Below are positions 52,901 through 61,771 of a stretch of 64,000 nt of DNA, one piece after another. Both the position numbers and the translations under genes were made by a program. Positions within the stretch are counted from its first letter, which is position 1; each line of letters begins with the position of its first letter. The DNA is taken from the NCBI GenBank assembly GCA_043810925.1, contig JBDRNT010000069.1, positions 1 through 64,000 of the forward strand, read 5' to 3'. Below the pieces are notes generated by a model that was given only the letters and a program-made list of their open reading frames with translations, had not been told where the DNA came from and searched no databases. Origin of the DNA: Candidatus Eiseniibacteriota bacterium (lineage in GTDB: Bacteria > Arandabacterota > Arandabacteria > Arandabacterales > Arandabacteraceae).

Positions 52901-53009
52901 CGGTCTCGATGTAAGGACTGACGGAACCTTCCTTCTCCGCGCACTGAAGGCATGCGAAGGTCACAAACAGAATGCCCAGAGCGAGAGCCCTTCTCTTTCT
53001 TCGACTCAT
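49914..53009 (-). CDS. Large Ig-like (Big_1/invasin-type) repeat protein, probable lipoprotein
   Basis: Basic N-terminus, hydrophobic stretch and Cys (LQC). About nine repeats of ADG.S..V.A...D..GNPV.G..V.F....G......T...G.A. Confidence 0.85.
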   Translation of the reverse strand: MSRRKRRALALGILFVTFACLQCAEKEGSVSPYIETEPPQYRIQYLEVVPVRVDPGGTADVEVRVVDLDNDPVVGHDLVFEVTYGAIESPGITDENGIVRVVYTAPYGTVQETIRATGRSLVPKEVFLQVGAGALEASPMSILADGMSYSMLSIDLVNQSGAPVKGALITWDVDPAKGVITDAVSRTDSTGQASAVLVSLPSVNDVVATVTAWITYGDVEPYAEVVDVDMRGVSVLVVADPDDLPADGTSVSYVAAWVGETTSGVPLATVPVTFTTTLGAIDAMAYTNANGVAAVYLYSPTSPGVATVVASYGLMTGTAYVTFGGLAINVTAELTRMPADGLSSQYVTATLLGEGNNPVSGVSVDFATSDGVITGSAVTDFYGNADVLLTSADYPATATVIASFGDALADTVQVTFVGLNLTLKAQMPKMVADGISSQTVRTTLVTQDGNPVEGASIQLTTSAGMIAGSAITNSYGKAEAELTSASTVGSATVAASYRGLYQDAIVVGFETPVIVLKATPMAISADPANISLITAYVSFTDGSPVPDGTPVTFSTTEGTITPSSATGSGIADVELVPTGIANSNVTVRASSGAAGAATQVVFAPDVASFVSAYALPDSLPGDGSSTATIVAEVTDEYGNRVADGTVVSFTVSAGNGIVTPIGLTVGGIATAKFIPTGGSATATVTAMCEKATHDVGIRLLSGSSGAIVADPDTAWIAVAGTWDESQVTVLAHVYDSHSNPVADGTDVSFTIQAGPGGGEYLNDPADGYGPIIKPTFGGVASITVNSGTKPGTVLMTITSGDYAAAATKIGISAGDPDSILLQVGEVVINGDGTYTLGVSAIVRDQFNNPVENGTAVYFTLDRSDLGFINPETYTGSSYPCAELSGDPIKGITRACLTYGTESIFEYGTIIASTWGGETQSSASYGITLPIVDAALSIEAFPSSLSGAAGGVVNIQVVCWDHYNLLPVDKAYIGFSIEGAGSVSPYFGTTDESGSAYTTVTIPPGTEEGTTTVKAKLFMTTVEAAIDITITP

Positions 53010-53032
53010 AATCAGATACCCCCAATCGCCTT

Positions 53033-54340
53033 TCAATCGACTATCGTAGGAGTCACGAAAATCAACAGCTCTCTGCTTTCGTCCACCCTACTCTTCGAGC
53101 CAAATGCCCGTCCTATTAGCGGAATGTCGCGCAAAACCGGGACACCGGTTGAGTAAACACTTTCATTCGTTCTGATAAGACCACCGATGACCGCGGTCTC
53201 GCCATCCTGAACCATGACCCGCGTGTCCGCTTCTGCGGTGACGATAATCACACCGCCCTGTACGGTGGCCTGTGCTGACAGATCGCTGACCTCGGGGTGA
53301 AGATCCATCGTTATCTCACCGGTCCGGCTGTTCACATGAGGAGTCACCCTCATCTGGATACCGACCGTGGTCAGCTGTGTTATGGGGTTGCCGGCTTCAT
53401 CCGTGACAATCAAGGGGATCTTCTTGCCGACTATTATCGTGGCTTCTCTGTTGTTCAGCGTGGTGATCCTTGGATTTGAGATTATGTTGGCTTTGTTGTC
53501 CCGTTCAAGCGCCTTGATAGTAGCCTCGAAACTGCCGGCGGGACCGACGATCTTGCCAATATCAAGTGAGGCCTCGGGTTGTGACACCGTAGCACCCTGA
53601 CTCTGGGTCGGATCCACCGTGATCTCGCCCGTGGCGTCCATCTTTGCGGCATGTTCGCCCTGCACACCGGGGACCACCACGTTGTCTGCAGACCACTGGA
53701 TCCCGAATTCTCTCGACAGACGAGCGTCGACATCAACCAGTCTCGCTACGATCTCAACCTGCGGAGTCTGGGTATCGAGTTGGGTCACCATATCTGCGAT
53801 ATCAGCGACCCGTGGTTCGATATCAGTAACGATCACTGAATTCGTCCTGTCGTCGACCTCGATGACACCCCGTCTGCTGAGCATTCCTCTCAGGGGTTCG
53901 AGGAGTTCGTCAGCCTTAGCGAAGCTGACATCCACGACCTTCGTGGTCACTGGTTCGAGATCCTCACGCTTTCTCGTGGCCTCGTGCAACTTGATCTCTT
54001 CGTTGAGGAACTGGTCCCAGAGTCCAACCCGGATAATGCCGTCTTCTTCTCTTGCCGCGTACCCATTGGCCTTAAGAACAGTGTCCAATGCCTGTCTCCA
54101 CGGCACGTTTTCGAGATGAACAGTGACCGGACCCTCCACTTCGGGACTCGCGATTATGTTCTTATCCGTGTAGATCGCGAAGCTCCGAAGAACCGTATTT
54201 ATGTCCGCATCCTGCACATCCATGGAAATCTGCTCTCCACCGGGAATCGCACTAATGCAGATCCCGCTGAAGAGAACCGCTACAGCCGTCACAAGAACAA
54301 CCTGACACAACCTGGAGAGTCTGTTTCTTAGCATCACCAT
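53033..54340 (-). CDS. pilQ: Type IV pilus secretin (short, no AMIN domains)
   Basis: ISMDVQDADI, VPWRQAL, DDRTNSVIV, QVEIVAR, ISNPRITT, VQDGETAVIGGL, ELLIFVTP. Confidence 0.92.
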   Translation of the reverse strand: MVMLRNRLSRLCQVVLVTAVAVLFSGICISAIPGGEQISMDVQDADINTVLRSFAIYTDKNIIASPEVEGPVTVHLENVPWRQALDTVLKANGYAAREEDGIIRVGLWDQFLNEEIKLHEATRKREDLEPVTTKVVDVSFAKADELLEPLRGMLSRRGVIEVDDRTNSVIVTDIEPRVADIADMVTQLDTQTPQVEIVARLVDVDARLSREFGIQWSADNVVVPGVQGEHAAKMDATGEITVDPTQSQGATVSQPEASLDIGKIVGPAGSFEATIKALERDNKANIISNPRITTLNNREATIIVGKKIPLIVTDEAGNPITQLTTVGIQMRVTPHVNSRTGEITMDLHPEVSDLSAQATVQGGVIIVTAEADTRVMVQDGETAVIGGLIRTNESVYSTGVPVLRDIPLIGRAFGSKSRVDESRELLIFVTPTIVD

Positions 54341-55041
54341 TCACCCTCTTCTGCAAGTTCCAAAGTTACCGATTTCGTCAAATCGAAAATCGTTATGGAA
54401 AAAGTAATTGAAGCCGGGGTTACGGATACTACGCTCCCATTGATCACCCTGTCACCGACCCTCAGTGCGTAGCTTCTTCCTCCGTCATCCTCCAGCAGGG
54501 CTATAATCCCGGATTCACCCCACACAGATCCCACCATCGTGGCTCCGGACACGTCCAGCATCCTACTGCCTCTCTCCATGCCCGTCGCAACCAGTGAGTA
54601 GAAGGGGTCTCTCAGGAAGGCGGCTGTGTAAGCTGTGGCCGTCTCCCTGCTGAGGTCGATGTTGTCGGCGACATCAGGCAAAGCAGCGGCGGTATCAGGC
54701 AGGGCCTCCACCGCCGGTTCGGACTCAGGGGCGGTCTGGGCCACTTCATCCACTTCTCCAGCCGCAGCCTCAGTCGGTGCCATCGTGTTCATGATGGTGG
54801 AACCGGAGAAGATATCACCCTTTGACGGTGCCTTGTCATGCGAACTGCTGTATTCGGCCGGCTCCCGGACTGCGCTGTCGCCAGCCCCCAGAAGGAACTC
54901 CGTCACCTGGTTAACAGCAAAACTCATGATCTTCTGATGTCCACCAAAAACAACGAACACGATGATGCCAACCGCCGCCAGCGGAATCGCTAGGCGCCCG
55001 CCTCTGAAAAACTTGATAAACTCTGGCACTTTTGCTGGCAT
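54334..55041 (-). CDS. PilP/GspC-like alignment protein
   Basis: Between pilO and pilQ; RDPF motif and ALLED..G.SY.LRVGD; N-terminal TM helix rather than a lipobox. Confidence 0.65.
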   Translation of the reverse strand: MPAKVPEFIKFFRGGRLAIPLAAVGIIVFVVFGGHQKIMSFAVNQVTEFLLGAGDSAVREPAEYSSSHDKAPSKGDIFSGSTIMNTMAPTEAAAGEVDEVAQTAPESEPAVEALPDTAAALPDVADNIDLSRETATAYTAAFLRDPFYSLVATGMERGSRMLDVSGATMVGSVWGESGIIALLEDDGGRSYALRVGDRVINGSVVSVTPASITFSITIFDLTKSVTLELAEEGEW

Positions 55042-55059
55042 TTGTTCATACTCCTTCGG

Positions 55060-55677
55060 CTATCTCGTACCCTCTGTCGTCGGAGCCTCTGTTCCCGCCG
55101 CAGTTCCCGCCTGGTTTACGTTGTATGTGTATGCTGAAACCGTTGCAGAAGCCTCAACGGTCTCGGGTTCCTCGCCTGCTGCAATCTGTATGATGCTTAT
55201 CTCCGAAAGCCCTACAAGCCTCTCCATGTTGCACATATTGTCGAAGAATCTCCCGACCTCGTGGTATCCGCCTGTCACGCTGACGCTGATGGGATACCTT
55301 GTGTAGAGATCATACAGTTCCGGAGCCTCGGGTTCGAAAAGAACAAACTCGACGCCGGCCTTCATACCTGCCGTCGTCACGTCGCTCAGAAGCATGCTCA
55401 TCTCGCTGGCTAACGGCAGGAGTCCCCGGAGTACTTCCCACTTGTGTTCGAGCATCTTCAGCTCTTCCTTGATCTTGGGAAGTGTCCGTACGGCTGACTC
55501 AAGGACGCGGAGCTCGCCGGTAACGACCTGCAGTTCCTGCCTTAGCTCGTGCACCTCTTTCGCAGATCGCTTTTGCGAGAAGGGCAGATAGGACGTGAAG
55601 AATATGAGCCAAACCAGGGCGATGACAACGATAAAGCCGACCAAGCCTTTGTGGATATACGGTTCGCGTAGGTTCAT
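55060..55677 (-). CDS. pilO: Type IV pilus assembly protein PilO
   Basis: TM + coiled coil, LP...EM..LL, V.GGYHEVGRFFD. Confidence 0.9.
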   Translation of the reverse strand: MNLREPYIHKGLVGFIVVIALVWLIFFTSYLPFSQKRSAKEVHELRQELQVVTGELRVLESAVRTLPKIKEELKMLEHKWEVLRGLLPLASEMSMLLSDVTTAGMKAGVEFVLFEPEAPELYDLYTRYPISVSVTGGYHEVGRFFDNMCNMERLVGLSEISIIQIAAGEEPETVEASATVSAYTYNVNQAGTAAGTEAPTTEGTR

Positions 55678-56243
55678 GAGCCTTCCCCAGCCTTCTTTTG
55701 AGTTTTGACGTGATAACCAAGATCAAAGCCAAGCACCGGGGTACCCTGCATGTCTTCCTTCCTTATTACCCGCAGAAAGACCGAATCGGTGTGTGTCTTG
55801 GCCTCAAGTGCATCCATGAACCGGGAGATCGCCAGGTTCGAGAATGCCCATCCTCTGACCTGAGCCGCACCCCCGTTTTCCTGGAATCTCTGCAGCCAGA
55901 CATACTCAGGCACGCTTCGCGCCAGCTCGTCAAGAAGATGAACCCTCAAACGACGATTCTGATCCAGGGTCTCAATCACGCCGATGCGCTGGGTGATCTC
56001 TCTTCTCTTGACGGTCAGCGCATCAACCAGAGCGGCCTGCTCTCGATACTTCTCTTGCTCGGCGACCGCTTCTCCGATTTCCGACTTCAGTGAGGAGATT
56101 TCATACGAGCGGAATATGTGTAAGCCGGCGCCTACTATGAGCACCAGTGCCGCTCCTATCAGCGTCCATACGAATATCTTACCCCAGGTTACAGCTGCTC
56201 CGGAGGGCTTCTCCTCTCTCGGCAGGAGGTTTATTCTCACCAT
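55674..56243 (-). CDS. pilN: Type IV pilus assembly protein PilN
   Basis: MVRINLLP motif, TM, coiled coil, VPEYVWL, G.A.SN..IS.FM. Confidence 0.92.
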   Translation of the reverse strand: MVRINLLPREEKPSGAAVTWGKIFVWTLIGAALVLIVGAGLHIFRSYEISSLKSEIGEAVAEQEKYREQAALVDALTVKRREITQRIGVIETLDQNRRLRVHLLDELARSVPEYVWLQRFQENGGAAQVRGWAFSNLAISRFMDALEAKTHTDSVFLRVIRKEDMQGTPVLGFDLGYHVKTQKKAGEGS

Positions 56244-56246
56244 AGG

Positions 56247-57293
56247 TTAGCTCCCTTGTCTTGTGGCAAGTCCTATCGCCACCATCAACGACGGCCCAAT
56301 GGCGATCGGATCCGCTTCCAGGATCTCCTCTTGACACTCCACATTTCTGAGGGGATTTGCCAGATCGACCTCGACCGACAGTTTCTCACCGAGGAATGAT
56401 CGCAACCCTGCTATACGGGCGCCCCCTCCACTCAGAAAGATCTTGTCGACGGCCTCGGCCTCCCCCGAAGATCTCAGGTAGGAAAAAGACCTCTCAACAG
56501 CGATACTCAGGTCTTCGCCTACAGTTTCGATTGCCTTGAGTACCCCTTCGGGCTTTGCACCGGGAACACCCTCCAGTGCCGCCCTGGCCTCTTCGGAGGT
56601 TATGCCCAACCTTCGCTGCATACCTTCAACAAAGGTCTCCCCTCCGAACTGGATATCCCTGTTGAAAATGGGGATCCCGTTGCGCACGATCCCGATGTTG
56701 GTCGCGCTCAGGCCTATATCTATCAGGGCGTAAACCTTGTCCTGCTCATATTCGTAGTTGAGTTCGTAGGCGTTCTGCACGGCGAACGTATCAATGTCTA
56801 TGATCGCCGGGATCAGGTCAGCATCCCTCAGGAGCTCGACGTGAGAGAGGACCTTGTCCTTCTTGGCCGCTACAAGGAGAACCTCCATCGTGTTGGCCGC
56901 CAGCCCGCGCCTCAGTATCTCAAAGTCTACCGACAGTTCCTCTTGCTCAAACGGCACGTATTGCTCAGCTTCCAGAGTCATCACTTCGCGTGCGGTTTCA
57001 TCATCCATCTCGTCCATCTTGATCTTCTTTATGATCACGGAGCGCCCGCAGATTGCGCTGACGACTTCCTTGTTGGTGATTTCCTTTTCTTCGAACACTT
57101 CCTTGATCGCAGTGACCACGGCATCGCGGTCCATGGGCTCACCATCGACGATGGCCCCGGGCAGAAGCTTCTTCACGCCGACCTTGGTTATCTCACTGCC
57201 CGCCGCCGTCTGTTTCATCTCTACTACCTTGATGGCGTAACTTCCAACATCCAGTCCGATAGTGCTCTTCTGCTTCTTGCTAATTAGCGGCAT
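56247..57293 (-). CDS. pilM: Type IV pilus assembly protein PilM
   Basis: IGLDVGS..IKVVE, EAEQYVPF, IDIG, LSGGGARI, IGLA. Confidence 0.94.
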   Translation of the reverse strand: MPLISKKQKSTIGLDVGSYAIKVVEMKQTAAGSEITKVGVKKLLPGAIVDGEPMDRDAVVTAIKEVFEEKEITNKEVVSAICGRSVIIKKIKMDEMDDETAREVMTLEAEQYVPFEQEELSVDFEILRRGLAANTMEVLLVAAKKDKVLSHVELLRDADLIPAIIDIDTFAVQNAYELNYEYEQDKVYALIDIGLSATNIGIVRNGIPIFNRDIQFGGETFVEGMQRRLGITSEEARAALEGVPGAKPEGVLKAIETVGEDLSIAVERSFSYLRSSGEAEAVDKIFLSGGGARIAGLRSFLGEKLSVEVDLANPLRNVECQEEILEADPIAIGPSLMVAIGLATRQGS

Positions 57294-57355
57294 TTTCTAC
57301 ACCTCATGGGAGCGCCGAAGAAACGGAAAGTGATATTGCACGAAGAGTCCAAGAC

Positions 57356-57371
57356 AGCAATTATCATGCCG
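57356..57371 (-). promoter_or_regulatory. Sigma54 (-24/-12) promoter for pilMNOPQ
   Basis: Minus strand CGGCAT-GATAA-TTGCT. Confidence 0.75.
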
Positions 57372-57502
57372 TTAGCTCTCATATCAGAGACTCCACCAGG
57401 GACGTGTCAGAAAGCCCCTGCTGCAAAAAGCCATCCGCGTGCAGTCTGAATTTACGTCTCGATTTGCAAGTAATGTATTGCAATGTTGAACCCTCAGGAC
57501 CA

Positions 57503-58825
57503 CTAGCGCTCATTCTGACCTCTATCTGAGATGTCTCCCGATTGCCTACTTGGTCCAGCCTTTCTTTCTATCGGCATCGATATTCCGGCACTGAAGAGAA
57601 ATGAATCTCCCCTCTTCTCGACCCTGATCCGGTGACTGTCGGAAGGCAGTGACTTCAGGAGCAGCAGGCCTGCTTCCCTGCGGAGACGGTTATCCGCTGC
57701 AAATTCTCGCAACGAATCACCAATCTCAACAATCGGCCTGGTGGGGCTTTTCTCGCTTATCGTTACCCCCGCGAGATCTGTTTCGTGGTCTCGCCAGAGA
57801 GATGTGCTTATCTCGATCCCGTCGGGACTCTCCTCAAGGCATCCCTGGATCAGCATCTCAAGACCCATCTCGAACACCTTGCCCACGGTTTTGACTTTAG
57901 GAATGCCCGCGCAGAGATTCGTACGTAGCCTCGGGCTGTCAGCTATGTTCTTTCTTCTCAAGACCGATTCGACCATTCCGTTGAGATCCGCCAGTTCGGT
58001 CCGGCTGCTTGACCCACCTTTCGAAACGGCGAAGACCATCATCAGATCGCATGTGTGCCTTATTGCACGGGCGAATTCCGCCAGTTGGCCCTCATCCACG
58101 CCATCCCGGCCTCCAATATCCTGGATCTCGTCTGCCCGCACCGTAATACCCGAGATCAGATCGTATGAGTCCAGCACCCCCCTTAGGTAGCTCTCTCGCT
58201 CAATCCCGGCCTTGTCATCGGCTGCATGCGCGCGGCTCGACCTCCGGACATCATCCAGTTCGGTGAAAACGACGATTATCGCGTCAACACCCGATTCTCC
58301 CAGGAGACAGGAAATGCTCGCACCGATGGTCCGTGACATTCCATCAAGGGTCCTGATTTTTATAGAATTCCGGGCCGAGTTCTGCTTAGTCCTGAAACTC
58401 GTTCGGATGAGTGATTCAAGGTCGCCGGCCTCACTGAAGAGGCTGCTCAACCTGACCGGGCCGGCCCCAACACCGACGGACGTACCAAGAAGGAGACGTG
58501 CCGATGAGTTCATAAGTCCCACCTCACCACCCCTGTCGACCACCATTATCCCGCTTGTGATCGACTCGATCACAGTTTCACTCAACAGCGCGTAGCGTGC
58601 GGCTTTCTTTTCCGCGGTCAAGTACAGCTCCCCAAGCTCGTTACCCTCCCTGGAGAGCTTTGATACCAGCTGTTTGAAGGTACTGACCAGACCCTCAATG
58701 TCTTTCACGTCGCCGTAGCTTGATGAGCTCTGACTCAATTGATGATCACCCCTTTGTCGATGCGTGGTCCGAGAAAGCAGGCCTCCTAAGAACGCCTGCA
58801 ATGACGCAGCCAGACCCTTCCTCAT
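57503..58825 (-). CDS. PAS-domain protein with a degenerate histidine-kinase-like C-terminus
   Basis: Coiled coil + PAS (ESITSGIMVVD..G.V..MNSSA..LLG); no recognisable H-box or G-boxes; ATGA overlap with the upstream gene. Confidence 0.65.
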   Translation of the reverse strand: MRKGLAASLQAFLGGLLSRTTHRQRGDHQLSQSSSSYGDVKDIEGLVSTFKQLVSKLSREGNELGELYLTAEKKAARYALLSETVIESITSGIMVVDRGGEVGLMNSSARLLLGTSVGVGAGPVRLSSLFSEAGDLESLIRTSFRTKQNSARNSIKIRTLDGMSRTIGASISCLLGESGVDAIIVVFTELDDVRRSSRAHAADDKAGIERESYLRGVLDSYDLISGITVRADEIQDIGGRDGVDEGQLAEFARAIRHTCDLMMVFAVSKGGSSSRTELADLNGMVESVLRRKNIADSPRLRTNLCAGIPKVKTVGKVFEMGLEMLIQGCLEESPDGIEISTSLWRDHETDLAGVTISEKSPTRPIVEIGDSLREFAADNRLRREAGLLLLKSLPSDSHRIRVEKRGDSFLFSAGISMPIERKAGPSRQSGDISDRGQNER

Positions 58826-59865
58826 TCCTGATTTTCCCATGGAAATACATAATGGACACTGCCGTTTGCCTGGTGGTAGTGCAGCCAGGCTCCTGCGACC
58901 GGGGGAACACAGTCGATGAAACCCTCGGCCTCGAGTACCGGAATCGAGTCGGGATAGCACCCCGTTTTGTCGAAGTACTGGCCGAGTTTTCGTTCGAGGT
59001 ACCGTCTTGTTCTCCCGGCATCCTGTCTGATCTCGGTTGTGTTGAGCACCGTTTGCGAGGCTGAATCGAACAGATACGTCCCGCCAAACGGGCCGTCCGG
59101 AACCCTGTCCATCAGTCCTCTGTCGACGAGCTCCTGAAGATCAGACGGGAACCGTCCGGAACTTTCGCGAAACCGGCCCACCAGTCCCTCGAGCGCTTTT
59201 CTCATCTGTTCAAGATGAATGCTCTTGATTGAGTAAAGGGCGTTCTCTTTGATTACACTGTTGCTGCTGGAGCGGTAGATCTCTTCCCAGAGTGTAAGCG
59301 ATATGTCGATGCTCCCCGCTCTTCTGTAGGCGAATGCCGAGAAACGCCTGGCTATGTCCGGTGAATCATCGAAACGTGAGGCCATTCTGAAATAGTGGCC
59401 GGCTTTTGCGTCGTCATCCGCTGAGGTGAAGTAGAGGAATCCCAGATCGAAGGGCAGTTGCCACTGACCGGGATTGCTGACCATGCCTTTCTTAAGAAGC
59501 CGGATCCCCGCGGCCGGTTGGCCCATGTCCTGCGCCAGTACAAACGCCCCGAACCTGTATGCGCCGACGAAGTTCGGATCGAGGTCGGTTATGGTCGAGA
59601 AGATATGCTCGGCCAGCGGATAGTATTTGTCACTCCTGCGGTGCTCGCCATAGTACTGAATCCCCTTCAGCCAGAGCAGATCGGATGCCAGTGTCCGGTA
59701 ACCAAGGCTTGCGATTTGAAGAAATCGTCCCGACGGGAAGTATGTGAGCTCCTCTTCGATGTCGCCCGCGTAACGCTCGTAATTGAGGGCCACGCTCAGC
59801 CCGCAGATCGCAACCACGATCCCGATCAACGCAATCATAAGCACCAGCTTCCTGACCCTCGTCAC
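58822..59865 (-). CDS. PilG/XapA-like TPR protein with two C-terminal pseudopilin-like segments
   Basis: LASDLLWLKGIQYYG, ITDLDPNF..AY, WQLPFDLGF; GRFPSDLQELVDRG and GCYPDSIPVLEAEG. Confidence 0.7.
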   Translation of the reverse strand: MTRVRKLVLMIALIGIVVAICGLSVALNYERYAGDIEEELTYFPSGRFLQIASLGYRTLASDLLWLKGIQYYGEHRRSDKYYPLAEHIFSTITDLDPNFVGAYRFGAFVLAQDMGQPAAGIRLLKKGMVSNPGQWQLPFDLGFLYFTSADDDAKAGHYFRMASRFDDSPDIARRFSAFAYRRAGSIDISLTLWEEIYRSSSNSVIKENALYSIKSIHLEQMRKALEGLVGRFRESSGRFPSDLQELVDRGLMDRVPDGPFGGTYLFDSASQTVLNTTEIRQDAGRTRRYLERKLGQYFDKTGCYPDSIPVLEAEGFIDCVPPVAGAWLHYHQANGSVHYVFPWENQE

Positions 59866-60641
59866 TTGAACTCTCTCCTCTCGAAGACCAGGACCGCGAT
59901 GATCAGGAAGGCCATCGTGTAAAGCAAAGCATATGAGCTGGCGAATGCCACATAGTGGAAGTCGATCGGTACGTCGTGTATCACCTTACTGCGCACGTTA
60001 AGATACTCAAGATTGGGCAGGGTGTAGTAGATCGCCCCAACAACCACTTTGACTGAGCCCGACCCGAAGCGTGATGCGAGCTGTTTTAAGTCTGCGCTTG
60101 TGTGACCGATCAGGTACAGCAGCAAGGTGAATATGGCCCCCAGGATGGGGGAACTCAGGGTGGACATCATTACCGAGAGCGCCGTCAGAAGCAAGAGCTC
60201 CATCCATGTAAGGAATACCGCGGTCAGGATATGCGGGTGGAAGCTCCCGGCTGCGACCCAGCTTACGACAACGAGCAGGACGGTCATCATGGCCATCAGA
60301 AGACTCACCGTCGCTGTGAGACCGGCGAACTTGCCTATGATGAATTGCCATCTGCTGACCGGCTTGGCAATCACCGTATAGATCGTCCGCCTCTCAATTT
60401 CCTTGTACACGATGCCTGTCCCGATGAGAACCGCGATCAGGAAGCTCAAGACCGAGATGGCGGCAAGACCCATGTCCTGAGTTATGCGTTCCTGCTCCCC
60501 CAGTGACAGTGGTGCGATGATGAAACTGCTGGCCAAGATTGCGGCTCCAAAGATGACAACAGCAACAAACAGACGGTCCCGGACACCTTCTCTGAAGGTG
60601 TTACTTGCAAGAGCGACTATTTTCGGAATCACCGTGCTCAT
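59862..60641 (-). CDS. ABC transporter permease, PilI-like
   Basis: NTFREGVRDR, KEIERRTIYTVIAKPVSR..FIIGKF, FERREF. Confidence 0.85.
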   Translation of the reverse strand: MSTVIPKIVALASNTFREGVRDRLFVAVVIFGAAILASSFIIAPLSLGEQERITQDMGLAAISVLSFLIAVLIGTGIVYKEIERRTIYTVIAKPVSRWQFIIGKFAGLTATVSLLMAMMTVLLVVVSWVAAGSFHPHILTAVFLTWMELLLLTALSVMMSTLSSPILGAIFTLLLYLIGHTSADLKQLASRFGSGSVKVVVGAIYYTLPNLEYLNVRSKVIHDVPIDFHYVAFASSYALLYTMAFLIIAVLVFERREFK

Positions 60642-61612
60642 CCCGTTGTTTGCAGAGCTTTCTGAGTTCGTGATTTCTCCTCCTCCGGTTGGCAGACAGG
60701 AGATTGAACCTGGCTCATGAAGTAATCCTCAAGCGTCTGTCTATGAGGGATCACTGCAGATATCGTCGCGCCGGAGGCGAGCAGTACGCCGACGGCCCGG
60801 CTCACATCTGCATCCGGTGTGAGTGAGATCACGGTCTTGTCTCCGTGTTTCGCAACCTCTCCCAACCCGAGTACAGCAGCTTTCTCCATCTCGAGGCCAT
60901 CCAGCTGAATCTCCACGCACCTTGTGCTTCCAAGACGCACTTCCGAGATAGTGGCGATTCTCAATATCTTGCCCTGGGACAATATGCCCACACGATCACA
61001 GATGATCTCTACGTCATGCAGGATGTGTGAGCTGAAGAAGACGGTCTTTCCCTGCATTTTCTGCTGAAGGATCAGGTCGCGGATCTCCCTCCTGCCGACA
61101 GGATCAAGCCCGGAAAGCGGCTCATCGAGAATTATGATATCAGGGTCGTTGATCAGCGCCTGGGCCAGTCCTATCCGCTGCAGCATTCCCTTTGAGAACT
61201 TGGAAAGGGTCGTGTCCCTGGACTCCCAGAGCCCGGTTGCATGAAGCAACTCCTCCGCCCGGCGCCGCAGCGGTTTCTTCTTCATGCCGCAGACGCCGCC
61301 ATAGAACTCCAGCAGTTCGACCGCGCTCAGGTGCTGATAGAAGTAAGGTTGTTCCGGAAGAAACCCGATTCTGCCTTTGATCCCGGCCGAGGTCGACGGT
61401 TTGCCGAAGCATGTTACGCTCCCGGCAGAAGCCCGCAGCAGGCCGAGCGCCAGCTTTACGGTCGTTGTCTTGCCCGCACCATTGGGTCCCAGGTAGCCGA
61501 AGACCTCACCCTGCTCTACCTCGAAGCTGACGGGCCCCAGTGTATACATGTGGCGCCCGATCAGACTTGACCGGAAGACCTTTGAAACGCTGTCGAACTT
61601 GAGCACGGACAC
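60638..61612 (-). CDS. ABC transporter ATP-binding protein, PilH-like
   Basis: GPNGAGKTT, FSKGMLQR, ILDEP, SSH; GTG start. Confidence 0.9.
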   Translation of the reverse strand: MSVLKFDSVSKVFRSSLIGRHMYTLGPVSFEVEQGEVFGYLGPNGAGKTTTVKLALGLLRASAGSVTCFGKPSTSAGIKGRIGFLPEQPYFYQHLSAVELLEFYGGVCGMKKKPLRRRAEELLHATGLWESRDTTLSKFSKGMLQRIGLAQALINDPDIIILDEPLSGLDPVGRREIRDLILQQKMQGKTVFFSSHILHDVEIICDRVGILSQGKILRIATISEVRLGSTRCVEIQLDGLEMEKAAVLGLGEVAKHGDKTVISLTPDADVSRAVGVLLASGATISAVIPHRQTLEDYFMSQVQSPVCQPEEEKSRTQKALQTTG

Positions 61613-61718
61613 GTGGATTTCCCCCAGAATTGCTGTTTGAATCCTATGCATATGTTCGGCAGGTCTGGTAGATTCCTTTAGAAATTGCGGGGTACCCGGC
61701 CGGCTCCCGGGTACAAAT

Positions 61719-61750
61719 AAAAAAAAGGTGGCAGCCGAAGCTGCCACCCT
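61719..61750 (-). terminator. Rho-independent terminator after pilA
   Basis: Minus strand GGTGGCAGC-TTCG-GCTGCCACC-T8. Confidence 0.85.
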
Positions 61751-61771
61751 TTGTCCGAAGTCCACATCCAG

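Noticed and set aside
57503..61765. Long overlaps implied by ORF-track starts (58960, 61765; similarly 48114, 44639, 42442, 39324)
   Set aside because: Downstream starts with an RBS or ATGA coupling fit better. The extensions run through promoters, terminators or neighbouring genes.
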